A stretch of DNA of 63,885 nt, the filler included, from Octopus bimaculoides (lineage: Eukaryota): assembly GCF_001194135.2 (NCBI RefSeq). It is 7 parts of 7 records of this genome, joined end to end, with 100 filler letters (N's around TTAATTAATTAA, not from the genome) between each part and the next. Parts side by side here need not be neighbours in the genome. Positions count along the whole stretch, not along the records: positions 4,964 to 29,011 come from NC_069008.1; positions 29,112 to 38,710 come from NC_068996.1; 5 more parts are not named here. One strand, given 5' to 3'. Below are positions 23,251 through 36,552 of this stretch, piece by piece (position 1 is the stretch's first letter; each line of letters starts with the position of its first letter). Below the pieces are notes generated by a model. It was not told where the DNA came from, searched no databases, and saw only the letters and a list, made by a program, of their open reading frames with translations. The position numbers and the translations under genes are program-made.

Positions 23251-23940
23251 GGGTACATTTATTCTAGGTGCAGTCATGGCTGTGTGGTAAGAACCTTGCT
23301 TCTTAACCACATGGTTCTGGGTTCTGTCCCACTGCATGTCATCTCGGGTAAGTGTCTTCTACTATAGCCTCAAGCCAAACAAAGCCCTGTGAGTGGATTT
23401 GGTAGATGGATAAGTGGAAGAAGCCTGTTGAATACACACACACACACACACACACACATACACACGTATTGGTCTTTTTTGCCGAGGTGCTAGTACACAG
23501 GGATGTAAACATACTAACACCGGTTGTCAAGTGGTGATGAGGGATACAGATACACACACGATGGGCTTCTTTCAGTGGTAGAAGACACTTGACCAAGGTG
23601 CCATGAAGTGGGACTGAACCCGGAACCATGTGGTTGGGAAACAAGCATCTTACCACACAGCCATGCCTGCATCTATACACACACACACACACACACACAT
23701 GTATATTGATATTATGTCCTTCTGGATACATGCTGTATAATTGAACCATGTGAATCTGAGTATATTGAGCAAGGCGTCGTCTTTAAAACAAAACACATCA
23801 CAAGATGCATCTGTACCAAAGGATGCAAGACAACTAGTTGTGCAGTATCCCACCTTCACGGGGCTGATGCAAAATGGTTTGAAACGATCGTTGTTATGAA
23901 TAAAGGTTCTCGCGAATCCCATTTTCCATTTCCCTCATTC

Positions 23941-23982
<42 letters not shown>

Positions 23983-24089
23983 AGGCTTTCTCTACCTATC
24001 GCTATTATTACACCACCATATACATTAATATACCCACCAATCACTTCTCATACATCCCTCGCACCACAAACTCTTAACATACTCCTCAA

Positions 24090-24141
24090 CATTCTGATGA
24101 GATCTGCCAAACCATTGGCTAGATTGAAACGTACATAAATG
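24090..24141 (+). ncRNA. Type I hammerhead ribozyme motif, one substitution at the triplet
   Basis: CATT-CTGATGA-GATCT.GCCAA-ACCA-TTGGC.T.AGATT-GAAAC-GTAC-ATA-AATG: 4-bp helix I, about 10-bp helix II, near-palindromic helix III (ACGTACAT vs ACGTACGT). Confidence 0.7.
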
Positions 24142-24651
24142 ACTATTACATAACATCCACAATGGCTCATTACATAACCTCAACCTCCACAATGACTCAN
24201 NNNNNNNNNNNNNNNNNNNNNNNNNNNNNNNNNNNNNNNNNNNNNNNNNNNNNNNNNNNNNNNNNNNNNNNNNNNNNNNNNNNNNNNATATATATATATA
24301 TAAAACGTATTGCAATGTGTATTCAAAACAATGGTAACCATATAGAGCCTGTTAAATTAAAACAAACTGTTCATACAAACTGTTTCTTATATAAAAAAAT
24401 AAATTGTTCCTATGTATGGTAACTTTTGAATCACCCTGTATATATAAACGATGGGCTTCTTTCAGTTTCTGTCTACCAAATCCACTCACAAGGTTATGGT
24501 TGGTCCGAGGCTATAGTAGAAAACACTTGCCCAAGGTGTCATACTAGTAATTATTTGGATCTTGTGTTTATGGTTAGTAGTATGCCAATTAAAGTACTTT
24601 CACCATTTTGGCTTCCTGACATTAGGAATTCTGCAGTATTCGTTGAGTTTA

Positions 24652-24796
24652 TAATGAATGAGAGAGACGGAAAATGGAGTTTGCAAGAATCTTTAATTAG
24701 CACACTATCCCACCCACAAGGGACAAATGCAGGATGGATCGTTGTGTTGAATAAAAATTCTTGCAAGTTCCATTTTTCCATTTCCTTCATTCATTA
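24652..24796. repeat. Small foldback/MITE-like element
   Basis: taatgaatg..aaatggagtttgcaagaat versus attcttgcaagttccatttt..cattcatta; a half-copy at 23889-23944. Confidence 0.6.
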
Positions 24797-24804
24797 TATA
24801 TATA

Positions 24805-25125
24805 CCAGTACCGCCTGACTGGCCTTCGTAGGACTTTCGAGCGAGACCGTTGCCAGTGCCTTTGGACTGCCTCTTGTGCGGGTGGTACATAAAATACACC
24901 ATTTTGAGCGTGGGCGTTGCCAGTACCGCCTGACTGGCCTTCGTGCAGGTGACACGTAAAAGCACCCACTACACTCTCTGAGTGGTTGGCGTTAGGAAGG
25001 ACATCCAGCTGTAGAAACTCTGCCAAATCAGATTGGAGCCTGGTGTGGCCATCCGGTTTCACCAGTCCTCAGTCAAATTGTCCAATCCATGCTAGCATGG
25101 AAAGCGGACGTTAAACGATGATGAT
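24805..25125 (+). mobile_element. Repeat family B (SINE or LINE 3'UTR) with tandem 5' subrepeats and (GAT)n tail
   Basis: ccagtaccgcctgactggcc units, then aagcacccactacactc..ggaaagcggacgttaaacgatgatgat. Other copies 1120-1362, 5925-6247, 6835-7115, 7165-7260(-), 29112-29267, 30295-30503, 34912-35287, 37520-37705. Confidence 0.88.
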
Positions 25126-25686
25126 ATATATATATATATATATATAAATATATGTATATATACATGCATATATGGGTACAGAACATCAAAAAAACATGAA
25201 GAAAATGAAAAACGAGAACATAAAAATATGGATAACAAGCTTTTTTTCAAACAATGAAAGAAGCAAATAGAGAAACGAGACAAGCAACATAAAGAACAAC
25301 CCCTTCATCAGTTGTCCCCTGTTTTTATCTACTTTGCACTTCGAACATAGGGACAGGATGAGACTTCGTTAAAACAGTTGTTCCTGCAAAGCAAATTAAG
25401 TAAATTTTGGGATTTGCGTAGGGTTAAATTGGTTAACAAAAACAGAATAGTGTGGTGTGGTGTTTCGTTTTATGATCCAGAAAGTGGAACTACTTAAGTA
25501 GCAGGGAGCCACATCATAAAATAGTAAAATAATATTCAATAGCAGGTCACTAAGCTGTGTAATAAAGTGAAATTGGAAGATTGTTCTTGTTTGCTTTGAA
25601 TCCGAAAGTGAAAGAATGGGATTTTCTGAAATGAAATTTCAAAATATGATGTAAGCTTGATGTAACAAAATCATAACTGTAATTTT

Positions 25687-25846
25687 GCAGGAGTGGCTGT
25701 GTGGTAAGTAGCTTGCTTACCAACCACATGGTTCTGGGTTCAGTCCCACTGTATGACACCTTGGGCAAGTGTCTTCTACTATAGCTTCGGGCCAACCAAA
25801 GCCTTGTGAGTGGATTTGGTAGACAGAAACTGAAAGAAGCCTGTCT

Positions 25847-25879
<33 letters not shown>

Positions 25880-26100
25880 CTGTGTGTATGTTTGTGTGTC
25901 TGTGCTTGTCCCCCCCCCCCCGACATCGCTTGACAACCGATGCTGGTGTGTTTACGTCTCCCGTAACTTAGCGGCTTGGCAAAACAGACCGATAGAATGA
26001 GTACTAGACTCACAAAGAATAAGTCCTGGGGGAGATTTACTCGACTAAAGGCGATGCTCCAGCATGGCCGCAGTCAAATGACTGAAACGAGTAAAAGAGT
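25687..26100 (+). mobile_element. SINE family A, full length (tRNA head, internal (AT)n/(GT)n, gtaaaaga tail)
   Basis: gcaggagtggctgtgtggtaagtagc..ggttcagtccc..aagcctgtc-(AT)n-..gactgaaacgagtaaaagag. Other copies or parts at 1-144, 485-570, 3748-4275, 12545-12800, 19913-20104, 23268-23700, 24447-24545, 26348-26570, 28608-29011, 29318-29450, 33852-34732, 35735-36450, 51725-51896, 52545-52620, 60561-60746. Confidence 0.92.
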
Positions 26101-26244
26101 CCATTTCCATAGTTTTACTTTCGCCATGCATGCAGACACACATGCACACATACACTGCTGTCTACATTAATTTTATAAAAGACGAAGACATGTGGTGTAG
26201 ACAACAAACAGATGCATTAGTTTAATACTCGGGAAGTGAAAGAG

Positions 26245-26282
26245 TCTTTAACGTTTCGAGCCTACGCTCTTGCACAGAAGGG
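26245..26282 (-). ncRNA. Degenerate hammerhead relic, same family as 47348
   Basis: Minus strand CCCTT-CTGTGCA-A-GAGC-GTAG-GCTC-GAAAC-GTT-AAAGA; flanks (about 26180-26310) are homologous to 47275-47405. Confidence 0.5.
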
Positions 26283-27992
26283 AACACAGAAAGAAACAAG
26301 GAGAGAAAATAACGAATGTGTAGTGGCTAGCGATCTATCATGGCTAATACTCTTTTACTTGTTTCAGTCATTTTGACTGCAGCCATGCTGGAGCACCACC
26401 TTTAGTCGAGCAAATCGACCCCAGGACTTATTCTTTGTAAGCCTAGTACTTATTCTATCGGTCTTTTTTGCCGAACTGCTAAATTATGGGGGCATAAACA
26501 CCAGCATCAGTTGTCGAGCGATGTTGGGAGGGGGACAAACACACACACACACACACACACACATATATGAGAGATGCATTTAACGGACTAAGGTGACATC
26601 GGCAACGAGATCCACCCACGCTTCTTGCATTTCACTGTTCAATAAGTCAGATGCATCTTATTTTCCAACTGCTTCGATCTTGGCTAATGTAGTTTTCTTT
26701 TTGCACTTTCGAGTGTATACACACACACACACATTTTGAGTACACAGTAGCACTCACATAAATTGTATATCTTTCTATCTATCTATCTCTATCTATCTGT
26801 CTCTATCTATCTGTCTCTATCTATCTATCTATCTGTCTCTATCTATCTATCTATCTATCTTTTCATAAACATGCTTATATATACACACACACGTTTGTGT
26901 GTTTATATGCGACTCTGCATATATAAATGTTTTTGTATATATCCATATCTGCATATAAATTTGTGCATATATACGTGTGTGCATATAAATGTAAGTGCAT
27001 ATATATTTACGTACAAATGTNNNNNNNNNNNNNNNNNNNNNNNNNNNNNNNNNNNNNNNNNNNNNNNNNNNNNNNNNNNNNNNNNNNNNNNNNNNNNNNN
27101 NNNNNNNNNNNNNNNNNNNNNNNNNNNNNNNNNNNNNNNNNNNNNNNNNNNNNNNNNNNNNNNNNNNNNNNNNNNNNNNNNNNNNNNNNNNNNNNNNNNN
27201 NNNNNNNNNNNNNNNNNNNNNNNNNNNNNNNNNNNNNNNNNNNNNNNNNNNNNNNNNNNNNNNNNNNNNNNNNNNNNNNNNNNNNNNNNNNNNNNNNNNN
27301 NNNNNNNNNNNNNNNNNNNNNNNNNNNNNNNNNNNNNNNNNNNNNNNNNNNNNNNNNNNNNNNNNNNNNNNNNNNNNNNNNNNNNNNNNNNNNNNNNNNN
27401 NNNNNNNNNNNNNNNNNNNNNNNNNNNNNNNNNNNNNNNNNNNNNNNNNNNNNNNNNNNNNNNNNNNNNNNNNNNNNNNNNNNNNNNNNNNNNNNNNNNN
27501 NNNNNNNNNNNNNNNNNNNNNNAAATAAACACATATTTACCGAAAGCGAGGGAATGCAACTTTCAATATGTGTTTATTTTGGGTAGTTTTGACTTATTGA
27601 GTCCCTCTAACCGTGAGGCATTACTATATAGTAATTGCCCTTATATAAATTATATATATTTATGGGAAAAAACGATGGGTTTATTTTCCTTATGAGGGTT
27701 TTTTTTCACGCTGACTACTTGATAAATTCTTATAAAGATTTTATCCTATATTATATTATATATATATACATGCAAACATTTATGCAAATACACACAAACA
27801 CACACACACACACACACTGGTGAATCCGTTTGTGTTTTGAAACGACGAAGAATGCACACAATACCTAGAAATTGTGTGTGTGTATATTTTATGAATATTG
27901 TTATCGATTATTCGAACGAATTGCTCGAAATTCTGATAATCGATAACCTGAAATTCCGAACGAACCTCCTCTGTGTGTATGTGTGTGTCCGT

Positions 27993-28055
<63 letters not shown>

Positions 28056-28247
28056 TGTATGTATGTGTATAGTAAATATAGTGAATGCACGCTTGGCTGT
28101 TATTTCTATAAGATCGCGACCAAGTAGGGATTTCCCTTCTTCGATTGAACGTCAGGCTATGTTGAGTGTGTGTGTGTGTGTGTATATAAATACATATATG
28201 TGTGTACGCATCTATATAATTGTGAGTGTGTGTGTATATGCATGTGC

Positions 28248-28282
<35 letters not shown>

Positions 28283-28313
28283 GAGTATGTTTATGTGTCT
28301 AAGTATATGTACA

Positions 28314-28414
28314 GATTAATATCTATGTTGGGTAAAACTCGTATCTGATTAATATCTATGTTGGGTAAAACTCGTATCTGATTAATATCTATGTTGGGTA
28401 AAACTCGTATCTGA
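28314..28414. repeat. Perfect 33-bp tandem repeat, 3 copies
   Basis: (gattaatatctatgttgggtaaaactcgtatct)x3 with no spacers. Confidence 0.95.
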
Positions 28415-28765
28415 GGTGTCTCGACGAATGAGAGGAAAGCGCCAATAAAGTATCATCTAAAGTCCTGACTACCCCGTTTTTCATCACTTCAAAGAATCTA
28501 CACACACACACACACACACACGGAGAGTATGGTGTACTCTTAACAAGCGTTAGAGTACACCATACAAAGTAGACCGTGAAACCTAAATGCATGTAATTTT
28601 TTTTCCACAGGCGTGGGTGTGTGGTAAGAAGCTTGCTTCTCGACCTCATGGATCCGGGTTCATTATCACAGCTTGACACCTTGGGCAAGAGTCTTCTATT
28701 ATAGCCTCGGGTTGACCAAAGCCTTCTGAATGGATTTGGTAGACGGATACTGTAAGAAACCCGTC

Positions 28766-28858
<93 letters not shown>

Positions 28859-29264
28859 AGTGTTTGTGCCCCCGCTACCGCTTGACAACCGATGTTGGTG
28901 TGTTTATGTCTCCGTAACTTAGCGGTTCGGCCAAATAGAATAAGTCCTGGGGTCGATTTCTTCGACTAAAACCCGTTAAGGCGGTGCTCCAGCATGGCTG
29001 CTGTCAACTGANNNNNNNNNNNNNNNNNNNNNNNNNNNNNNNNNNNNNNNNNNNNTTAATTAATTAANNNNNNNNNNNNNNNNNNNNNNNNNNNNNNNNN
29101 NNNNNNNNNNNCACTCTCTGAGTGGTTGGCGTTAGGAAGGGCATCCAGCTGTAGAAACTCTGCCAAATCAGACTGGAGCCTGGTGTTGCCATCCGGTTTC
29201 ACCAGTCCTCAGTCAAATCGTCCAACCCATGCTAGCATGGAAAGCGGACGTTAAACGATGATGA

Positions 29265-29299
<35 letters not shown>

Positions 29300-29869
29300 T
29301 ATATATATTTATTTTCTATATTTTACTTGTCTCAGTCATTAGACTGTGGCCATGCTGGGGCACCTTCTTGAAGAACTTTTAGTCAACTGAATTGACTCCG
29401 TCACTTGATTTTTCTTCTAAAACCTGGTACTTAATCTATTGGTCTTTTATGCTGAAAAATTCTTGACTTTAAGGATATAGCAAAAGGCCTGGTTTTAAGG
29501 CCGAACCTTCCAAGTTCTTTTGCAGGACTTAGAAAAACTAAAGAACTGATGTAACAAGTGTGTGATTCTGAGAGGGAAAAATGTTGAATAAAATCATAAT
29601 TAACTGATCCTCCTATATTTTCTTCTACCCAAAGCCAGGAACTTTTCATCACCCCCTCATACTTGTGTCTAACTATCTTAACTTATTATAACATATGATA
29701 TTACCCTAATCGATTATATTAACATATTCTGTTCTATTATTTCCTGTATCTTGAAGTTTCACCCTGACAAATCTTTCCCAACATCTTCTCTGTCAACCGC
29801 TCTTTTCAACCTGGGGGAAAACCATGTATTCACCTCTTCAACAAGGCACTCATTCCTGTCCCTCTATCA

Positions 29870-30204
29870 CAGTGCTTCTCAAACTATCTGATGTGGCATA
29901 CCGGTTGTTTATTTTTCCAATGTGCCAGGGACTGGTAATATTTCTTAGTAATATTAATTTATACTGGAAACAATATATATATAATGAATATAATAAAAGT
30001 TGACAATTTTTTCTATCTTATATTTATTTTGTAAACAAATAATACAATATTACATAAGCTGATAAGTTGTTTACTGCAGTGCATAAGGCGAAATTACAGA
30101 AATTATGCTGTTGTTTCTTTCTTTTCTGGAAACTCACTGCATACCGACAGCTGATGGCTTGCAGACCGGCACCGGTCTGCAGACCACCACTTTGAATAAC
30201 ACTG
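29870..30204. mobile_element. hAT (Charlie/Buster-like) MITE with 8-bp TSD
   Basis: TIR cagtgcttctcaaact / actttgaataacactg; perfect TSD ctctatca at 29862-29869 and 30205-30212. Confidence 0.9.
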
Positions 30205-30526
30205 CTCTATCATACTTTCACGTCCTTCAACACTATAACCCCATTTCTGTTGAGAAGGAGAGGGGGTGTCTTGTCTTCAAAGTTTCCAGGTGACATGACT
30301 GGCGTCAGTTCCACATAAAATAAAACACCAAGTACATTCTGTAAATTGGTTGGAAATTGGTTGGGAGGGCATTTGACTGTAGAAACCATGTCAAAGCAGA
30401 CATTGAAACTTAGTACAGTTGTCTGGCCCCCTCTCCAGCTGCTGTTGAATCATCCAACCCATGCTAGCATGGAAAACAGACGTTAAATGGTGATGATGAT
30501 GATATACCAATCTATAAACAACACTA

Positions 30527-30989
30527 CAGGCTGTCATCGACTTATGAACTATCTGACTTACCACAGATCGACTTCACGACAATTGGCACGCCAGCTCCCA
30601 GCAGCAATAATAAACAGTCTAGTTGAAATCTAATGGGTTTACTTTCTTAGTAATTAACTCTTCTATGGATGACGTCAGCTAACAAATGCTTACTCTAGGT
30701 TTGGTTTTCGATCGCCACTGTGGTTACCCCAAGTGTTAGATGAATAACATGTCACGGAGACATCGAGGCAACCTCGTAATAGTTTGTGAGATGACTGCTT
30801 GAAACTCCAAACAAATAACACTGTCGTAGTATAATACAGAATGTTGTGTGTGACATTTATCTGAAGATGTACCTTAAAAATGTAAAAATGTAAAACAAAG
30901 CTATGTAAGCCTATAGGCCGACTTACAACCAAATCGACTTACGACCAGTCAGTTGGAACCAATTGTGGTCATAAGTTAACAACGACCTG
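30527..30989. mobile_element. pogo/Tigger-type MITE
   Basis: TA|caggctgtcatcgacttatg ... cataagttaacaacgacctg|TA; internal cgacttacgacc repeats typical of Tigger ends. Confidence 0.8.
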
Positions 30990-31333
30990 TATTTTATTAA
31001 TCTGTTCTATTAACTTATTCTGTTCTTTTATTTGAAGCTATTGTACTCTAATAACTTATTCTTTTATATTATATTGCATAGCATTTTCTTTTCTACAATA
31101 TTCAACTGTTTTATTACATATTTGGTTATATTATATTGCATCGACCTGGTAGTGATGCTGTCTAACCCGTGTCAACATGGAATACAGATGTTACATGGCA
31201 ATAATATTATATTAACTTATTCTGTTATACGATATATTAATATGCCTTGTCATGTAAAGATAAATTGAAACATTTTTCTTGATAAAATGTTTTATATTTT
31301 GCAATTGTCTGTCATTCTGGTTCTGATACAGCC

Positions 31334-31707
31334 TTGACCCCTTCGTTACCATATTCCTGTTGAAACGCACTATCACTGTTTCTGTTAATTTTGAAGAAAA
31401 TAAAGAATTTAAATAAATAACTTTGTCAATATTAATCTGGTATTTAAAGCTTAAAGTAACAGAATTTTGACAGAAGGTTTTAATATAGATCATTTTAACC
31501 CTTTTGTTGCCATATTTCTGTTTCAACAGACACTACCACTGTCTCAGTTAGTTATGAAAATGGTGAAGAATTTAGTAAAATAATTGGTGTTTAAAACATA
31601 AATTTACAATGAATTTTGATGGAAGGTTTTTACTGAGATCCCCTTAAAGCATGAAGTTTCTATCATAAGACCCAGTGCAGTCTTAAGTGTGTTGGTATCA
31701 AAAGGGT
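31334..31707. mobile_element. piggyBac-type MITE, internally duplicated
   Basis: Units begin (tt)gaccccttcgttacc and ttaacccttttgttgcc; ends ggtatcaaaaggg; a fragment of the same start at about 6681-6710. Confidence 0.45.
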
Positions 31708-31795
31708 CACACAGCTAAGGGGTATTTTCTCCATTTAGCTTGGAATTTTCTTTCACTTTTATTTCTTTCCTTCTTTTTGTATTATGTGTGTGCAC

Positions 31796-31826
<31 letters not shown>

Positions 31827-33065
31827 TGTGCAAGATTATCAGAATTAGAATAAAAGTAAGTTTTTAGTTTTGTTTTTTTATTCATCTCAATCAGAGCCTC
31901 ACCATGATTATTGTGATCTTTGACTGTTTTTATTCTTTTCTTCATTACTGTTTTTTGTTTGATTTCCAATTATTGTTCCAGAATCTTCTTAATGTGAAAT
32001 TTCCCATACCATTCTTAACAATATTTTTAAATTTCAAAGTAAAATTACAATAAAAGAGAAATGTTCGCATCAATTGTTCCCGTATCACAACTTCTCTCTC
32101 TCTCTGTCTTTGTCTATTTTCTTCTCCATTTTCTGAGGTTATTATTTTGCTAAATACCACACTATGTTATGCTTTAATAACACAGACACAGAATTATTAT
32201 GTCCATCTGACAACTCTGCAGGGCTGCTTCTTGAATTGTAATTGACCATTTCTCTGTTCTATAGATGAATACATGCCTGCAAAAGAAAGAAAGAAAGAAA
32301 GAAAAAAATTATAATAAATAATGTAACAAACAACAAGTGCAGTTATAATGCCTGATATGGATTAAATTCCTTTAATCCATTTCAAATAATGGTGATATTA
32401 GGTTCTTCTTTAATTCTTGTGCTACCAATTCACAAGGGTTCAATGACTTCTCATTTTAGAGTATCCAATATTCAAATTAAAATATATCATCATGATTCTT
32501 CATGCAAAAAGAAAAAAAAAATCAATTTATTTATTTGTATTTTGAAGTTTTCTTCTTTTTTAATTCCACTTTAATAATAAAAAAGAAACTAATGAAAAAA
32601 AAATTATTTTACTAAATCACTTCAAATTCTTCATTTCTTTTGAAATAAAAAAAAAAAAAATCTAAATTCATACTGACAGAAATATGGCCATAAAAGTGTC
32701 TTAAGAATAAATGAATGGCACAAAATAGGGAATTAGGAATTCTAGGCTCTTTGGTAACCCTTAAGTGTTTAAACTGGTCATAGTTGGTGATTTACCACAT
32801 GCACATCATGAAAAAAAGAAAAAAGAGAGTCATGGCTGGGATATGTTTCATCTTGCTTCTGCTGGACTGAGTCTGGCCTAGGGTTAAACAACAACAATAA
32901 CAACAACTACAACAATATTTTAACTGAAGAATACAAACATCAAGAAAACCAAACATCAGGAGAGAACAATGAACGAGAGATTAACTTTGACATTTTCAGT
33001 TAAATTACAAAACTAATCAAACAAGTTTATTACGAAATAAATAAATAATGAAGCAAATTTTAAAT

Positions 33066-33119
<54 letters not shown>

Positions 33120-33474
33120 GCCTATCTTACTTTATCTTTTTCACTCTCTCTCTCTCTCTCCGTCTCTCTTTCCCTCTCTCTCATGCACACACACACACAT
33201 ACATACATACATTAATACATATATATACACACACATATACACACACATACATACATACATGCATGCACACATATGTACATACACAAACACATACATATAC
33301 ACATACATACATATGTACATACACAGATGCATACATAGAAACATACATAAACACATACATACATACATACATTATATAAATAAACATATAATTTATTCAT
33401 AGAATTTATATCTTCATGATTTGTAGATAATTCAAATGCAGCCTTCGATTTTGAACTTAGAAAACCTAGAATAC

Positions 33475-33508
<34 letters not shown>

Positions 33509-33540
33509 AAGTGTGTGTACATAAATACATACATACATGC

Positions 33541-33572
<32 letters not shown>

Positions 33573-35600
33573 GTTATGGCTCTGATAGGGTAGACAGTCA
33601 TAGTATTTCCAATGCAACATTCAACCCAAGACCGACACTATCTACACCCTCAAAGAAGATGGAAATTCTTCAGTTGCAGAAAATCCATGCATCGCATCAG
33701 TAAATCCAAAGTGTGAGTCAAGCAAAGAATGGAATATAATCCAAACAAGAGAGCAAGGAAAAAAGTCTAGCACATCTTTAACGGACAGTTACAATTGTTC
33801 TGGAACAACTCTTGTTTTTGATGAAATTGCATGAAAAAGGCACATAATAGGTGCAGGAGGGGTTGTGTGGTAAGTAGCTTGCTTACCAACCACATGGTCC
33901 CGGGTTCAGTCCCACTGCATGGCACCTTGGGCAAGTGTCTTCCACTATAGCCTTAGGCCAACCAAAGCCTTGTGAGTGGATTTGGTAGACGGAAACTGGA
34001 AGAAGCTCGTCGTGTATATGTATATATGTATATATTTATATATATATATGTATGNNNNNNNNNNNNNNNNNNNNNNNNNNNNNNNNNNNNNNNNNNNNNN
34101 NNNNNNNNNNNNNNNNNNNNNNNNNNNNNNNNNNNNNNNNNNNNNNNNNNNNNNNNNNNNNNNNNNNNNNNNNNNNNNNNNNNNNNNNNNNNNNNNNNNN
34201 NNNNNNNNNNNNNNNNNNNNNNNNNNNNNNNNNNNNNNNNNNNNNNNNNNNNNNNNNNNNNNNNNNNNNNNNNNNNNNNNNNNNNNNNNNNNNNNNNNNN
34301 NNNNNNNNNNNNNNNNNNGCTGTGTGGTAAGTAGCTTGCTTACCAACCATATGGTGCCAGGTTCAGTCCCACTGCATGGCATCTTGGGCAAGTGTCTTCT
34401 TCTATAGCCTCGGGCCAACCAAAGCCTTGTGAGTGGATTTGGTAGACGGAAACTGGAAGAAGCTCGTCGTGTATATGTATATATGTATATATTTATATAT
34501 ATATATGTATGCGCATGTGTGAGTTTGTGTGTCTGTTTGTCCGCCGCCCCCAGCATCGCTTGACAATCGATGTTGGTGTGTTTATGTCTCTGTAACTTAG
34601 CAGTTCAGCCTAAAGAGACTGATAGAATAAGTACTAGGCTTACAAAGAATAAGTCCTGGGGTTGATTTGGTCGACTATAAAGGCGGTGCTCCAGCATGGC
34701 CACAGTCAGATGACTGATACAAGTAAAAGAGTAATACTTGGGGGGTTCTGTACATTACAGTGGCACTTCATCAGACTTGCATCAAAAAGGAGCGCTCTTA
34801 AGCACAATGTAAGAGAGCACTGGTGCTAGTCAGATTAAGTGCTACTCTAAGCATTGAATACACAAACTAATATATACATATACACACACACACACACACA
34901 CACATACATGTATTACCAGCGTCGCCTTACTTACTAGCATCACTTACTTTACCAGCATCACCTTACTGGCACTTGTGCCAGTGGTATGTGAAAAACAACA
35001 TTTGAATGACGGTGTTGCCAGTGCCGCTGGACTGGTTCCTGTGCAGATGACCCGTAAAAACTCCATTTGAGTGTGGCCGTTGCTAGTACCACCTGACTGG
35101 CCCTCGTGCCGGTGGCACGTAAAAGCACCCACTACACTCTCGGAGTGGTTGGCATTAGGAAGGGCATCCAGCTGTAGAAACTCTGCCAGATCAGATTGGA
35201 GCCTGGTGCAGCCATCTGGTTCACCAGTCAAACCGTCCAACCCATGCTAGCATGGAAAGCAGACGTTAAACGAAGATGATGATGATACATACACAAAACT
35301 CTTGGACCTTGAATCACTCTGTTGCTTCTGCTAAATATTAATAATAATAAAGAATACATACATACATACACACACACACACATATATATATAAATACACA
35401 CACACATACATACATGCATACATAAAATAACGCTGAAAAGGAAAAAATTCAATTGTCACTAATTGTGACTGAGGGTGCTGGTTAGCACCTATATTGCTAG
35501 AAATGACAGTTAAAACTACTCTTAGAGCTGCAATAAAGCACATTTTCATATGCTAACAGGGGATATAACTGTCTCATAATGAAGCCTGTATATGACTATA

Positions 35601-35639
35601 CAAGACTAGATTCACTTGAAATTACAAACTCATCAGTGG
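35601..35639 (-). ncRNA. Degenerate hammerhead relic
   Basis: Minus strand CCA-CTGATGA-GTTTG-TAATTT-CAAGT-GAATCTAGTC-TTG; one change from GAAACTAGTC (palindromic ACUAGU, GUC). Confidence 0.4.
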
Positions 35640-36552
35640 TGACTACTCCATTGTTGGATGGTTTGGTTAAATCCTGACTGTCAATATATAAATATATATG
35701 TTTACCATATGGATTGATGGCTGATTCAGCAAAATGCTAATGTGACCATCTTAGGCAAGTGTCTTCTCCTATAGCCTTGGGCCGACCAGAGCCTTGTGAG
35801 TAGATTTGGTAGATGGAAACTGAAAGAAGCCTGTCGTATATATACTCTTACTCTTTTACTTGTTTCAGTCATTTGACAGTGGCCATGCTGGAGCACCACC
35901 TTTAGTTGACCAAATCGACCCCAGGACTTATTCTTTGTAAGCCTAGTACTTATTCTATCAGTTACTTTTGCCAAACTGCTAAGTTACAGGAGATGTAAAC
36001 AAGCATTGGTTGTCAAACAATGTTGGGGGGACAAACACAGACACACAAACACACACACACACACATATATATACGATAGGCTTCTTTCAGTTTCCGTCTA
36101 CCAAATCCACTCACAAGGCTTTGGTCAGCCCAAGGCTATAGTAGAAGACACTTGTCCAAGGCGTCACGTAGTGGGACAGAACCCGGAACCATGTGGTTGG
36201 TAAGCAAGCTACTCACCATGCCTATATATATATGTATGTATGTATGTGTGTGTGTGTGTGTTTGTCCCCCTATTATTGCTTGATAACCAATGCTGGTGTA
36301 TTTACGTCCCCGTTACTTAGTGCTTCAGCAAAAGAGACTGACAGAATAAGTACTAGGTTTGCAAAGAATAAGTTTTGGGGTCGATTTGTTCGACTAAAGG
36401 TGGTGCTCCAGCATGGCCACAGTCAAATGACTGAAACAAATAAAAGAATATATATATATATATATATATATATAGTGTACAAATAAGTAAGTCAGGAAAA
36501 AGTGCATATATTTGTCTTTAGAATGGGTATATTAATTGGAAGGTACAGTATT

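Noticed and set aside
25290-25385. CTGATGA(-) and GATGAGAC..AAAACAG motifs in a repeat shared with 63600-63760
   Set aside because: Core elements are incomplete in both copies; no full hammerhead topology.
28314-28414. 33-bp repeats as a CRISPR array
   Set aside because: No spacers between units, no cas genes, eukaryotic context.
29640-30290. Minus-strand frame interrupted by the hAT MITE as a GAK or other exon
   Set aside because: Contains stops after removing the MITE, wrong strand for GAK, no recognisable motif; probably an old repeat.
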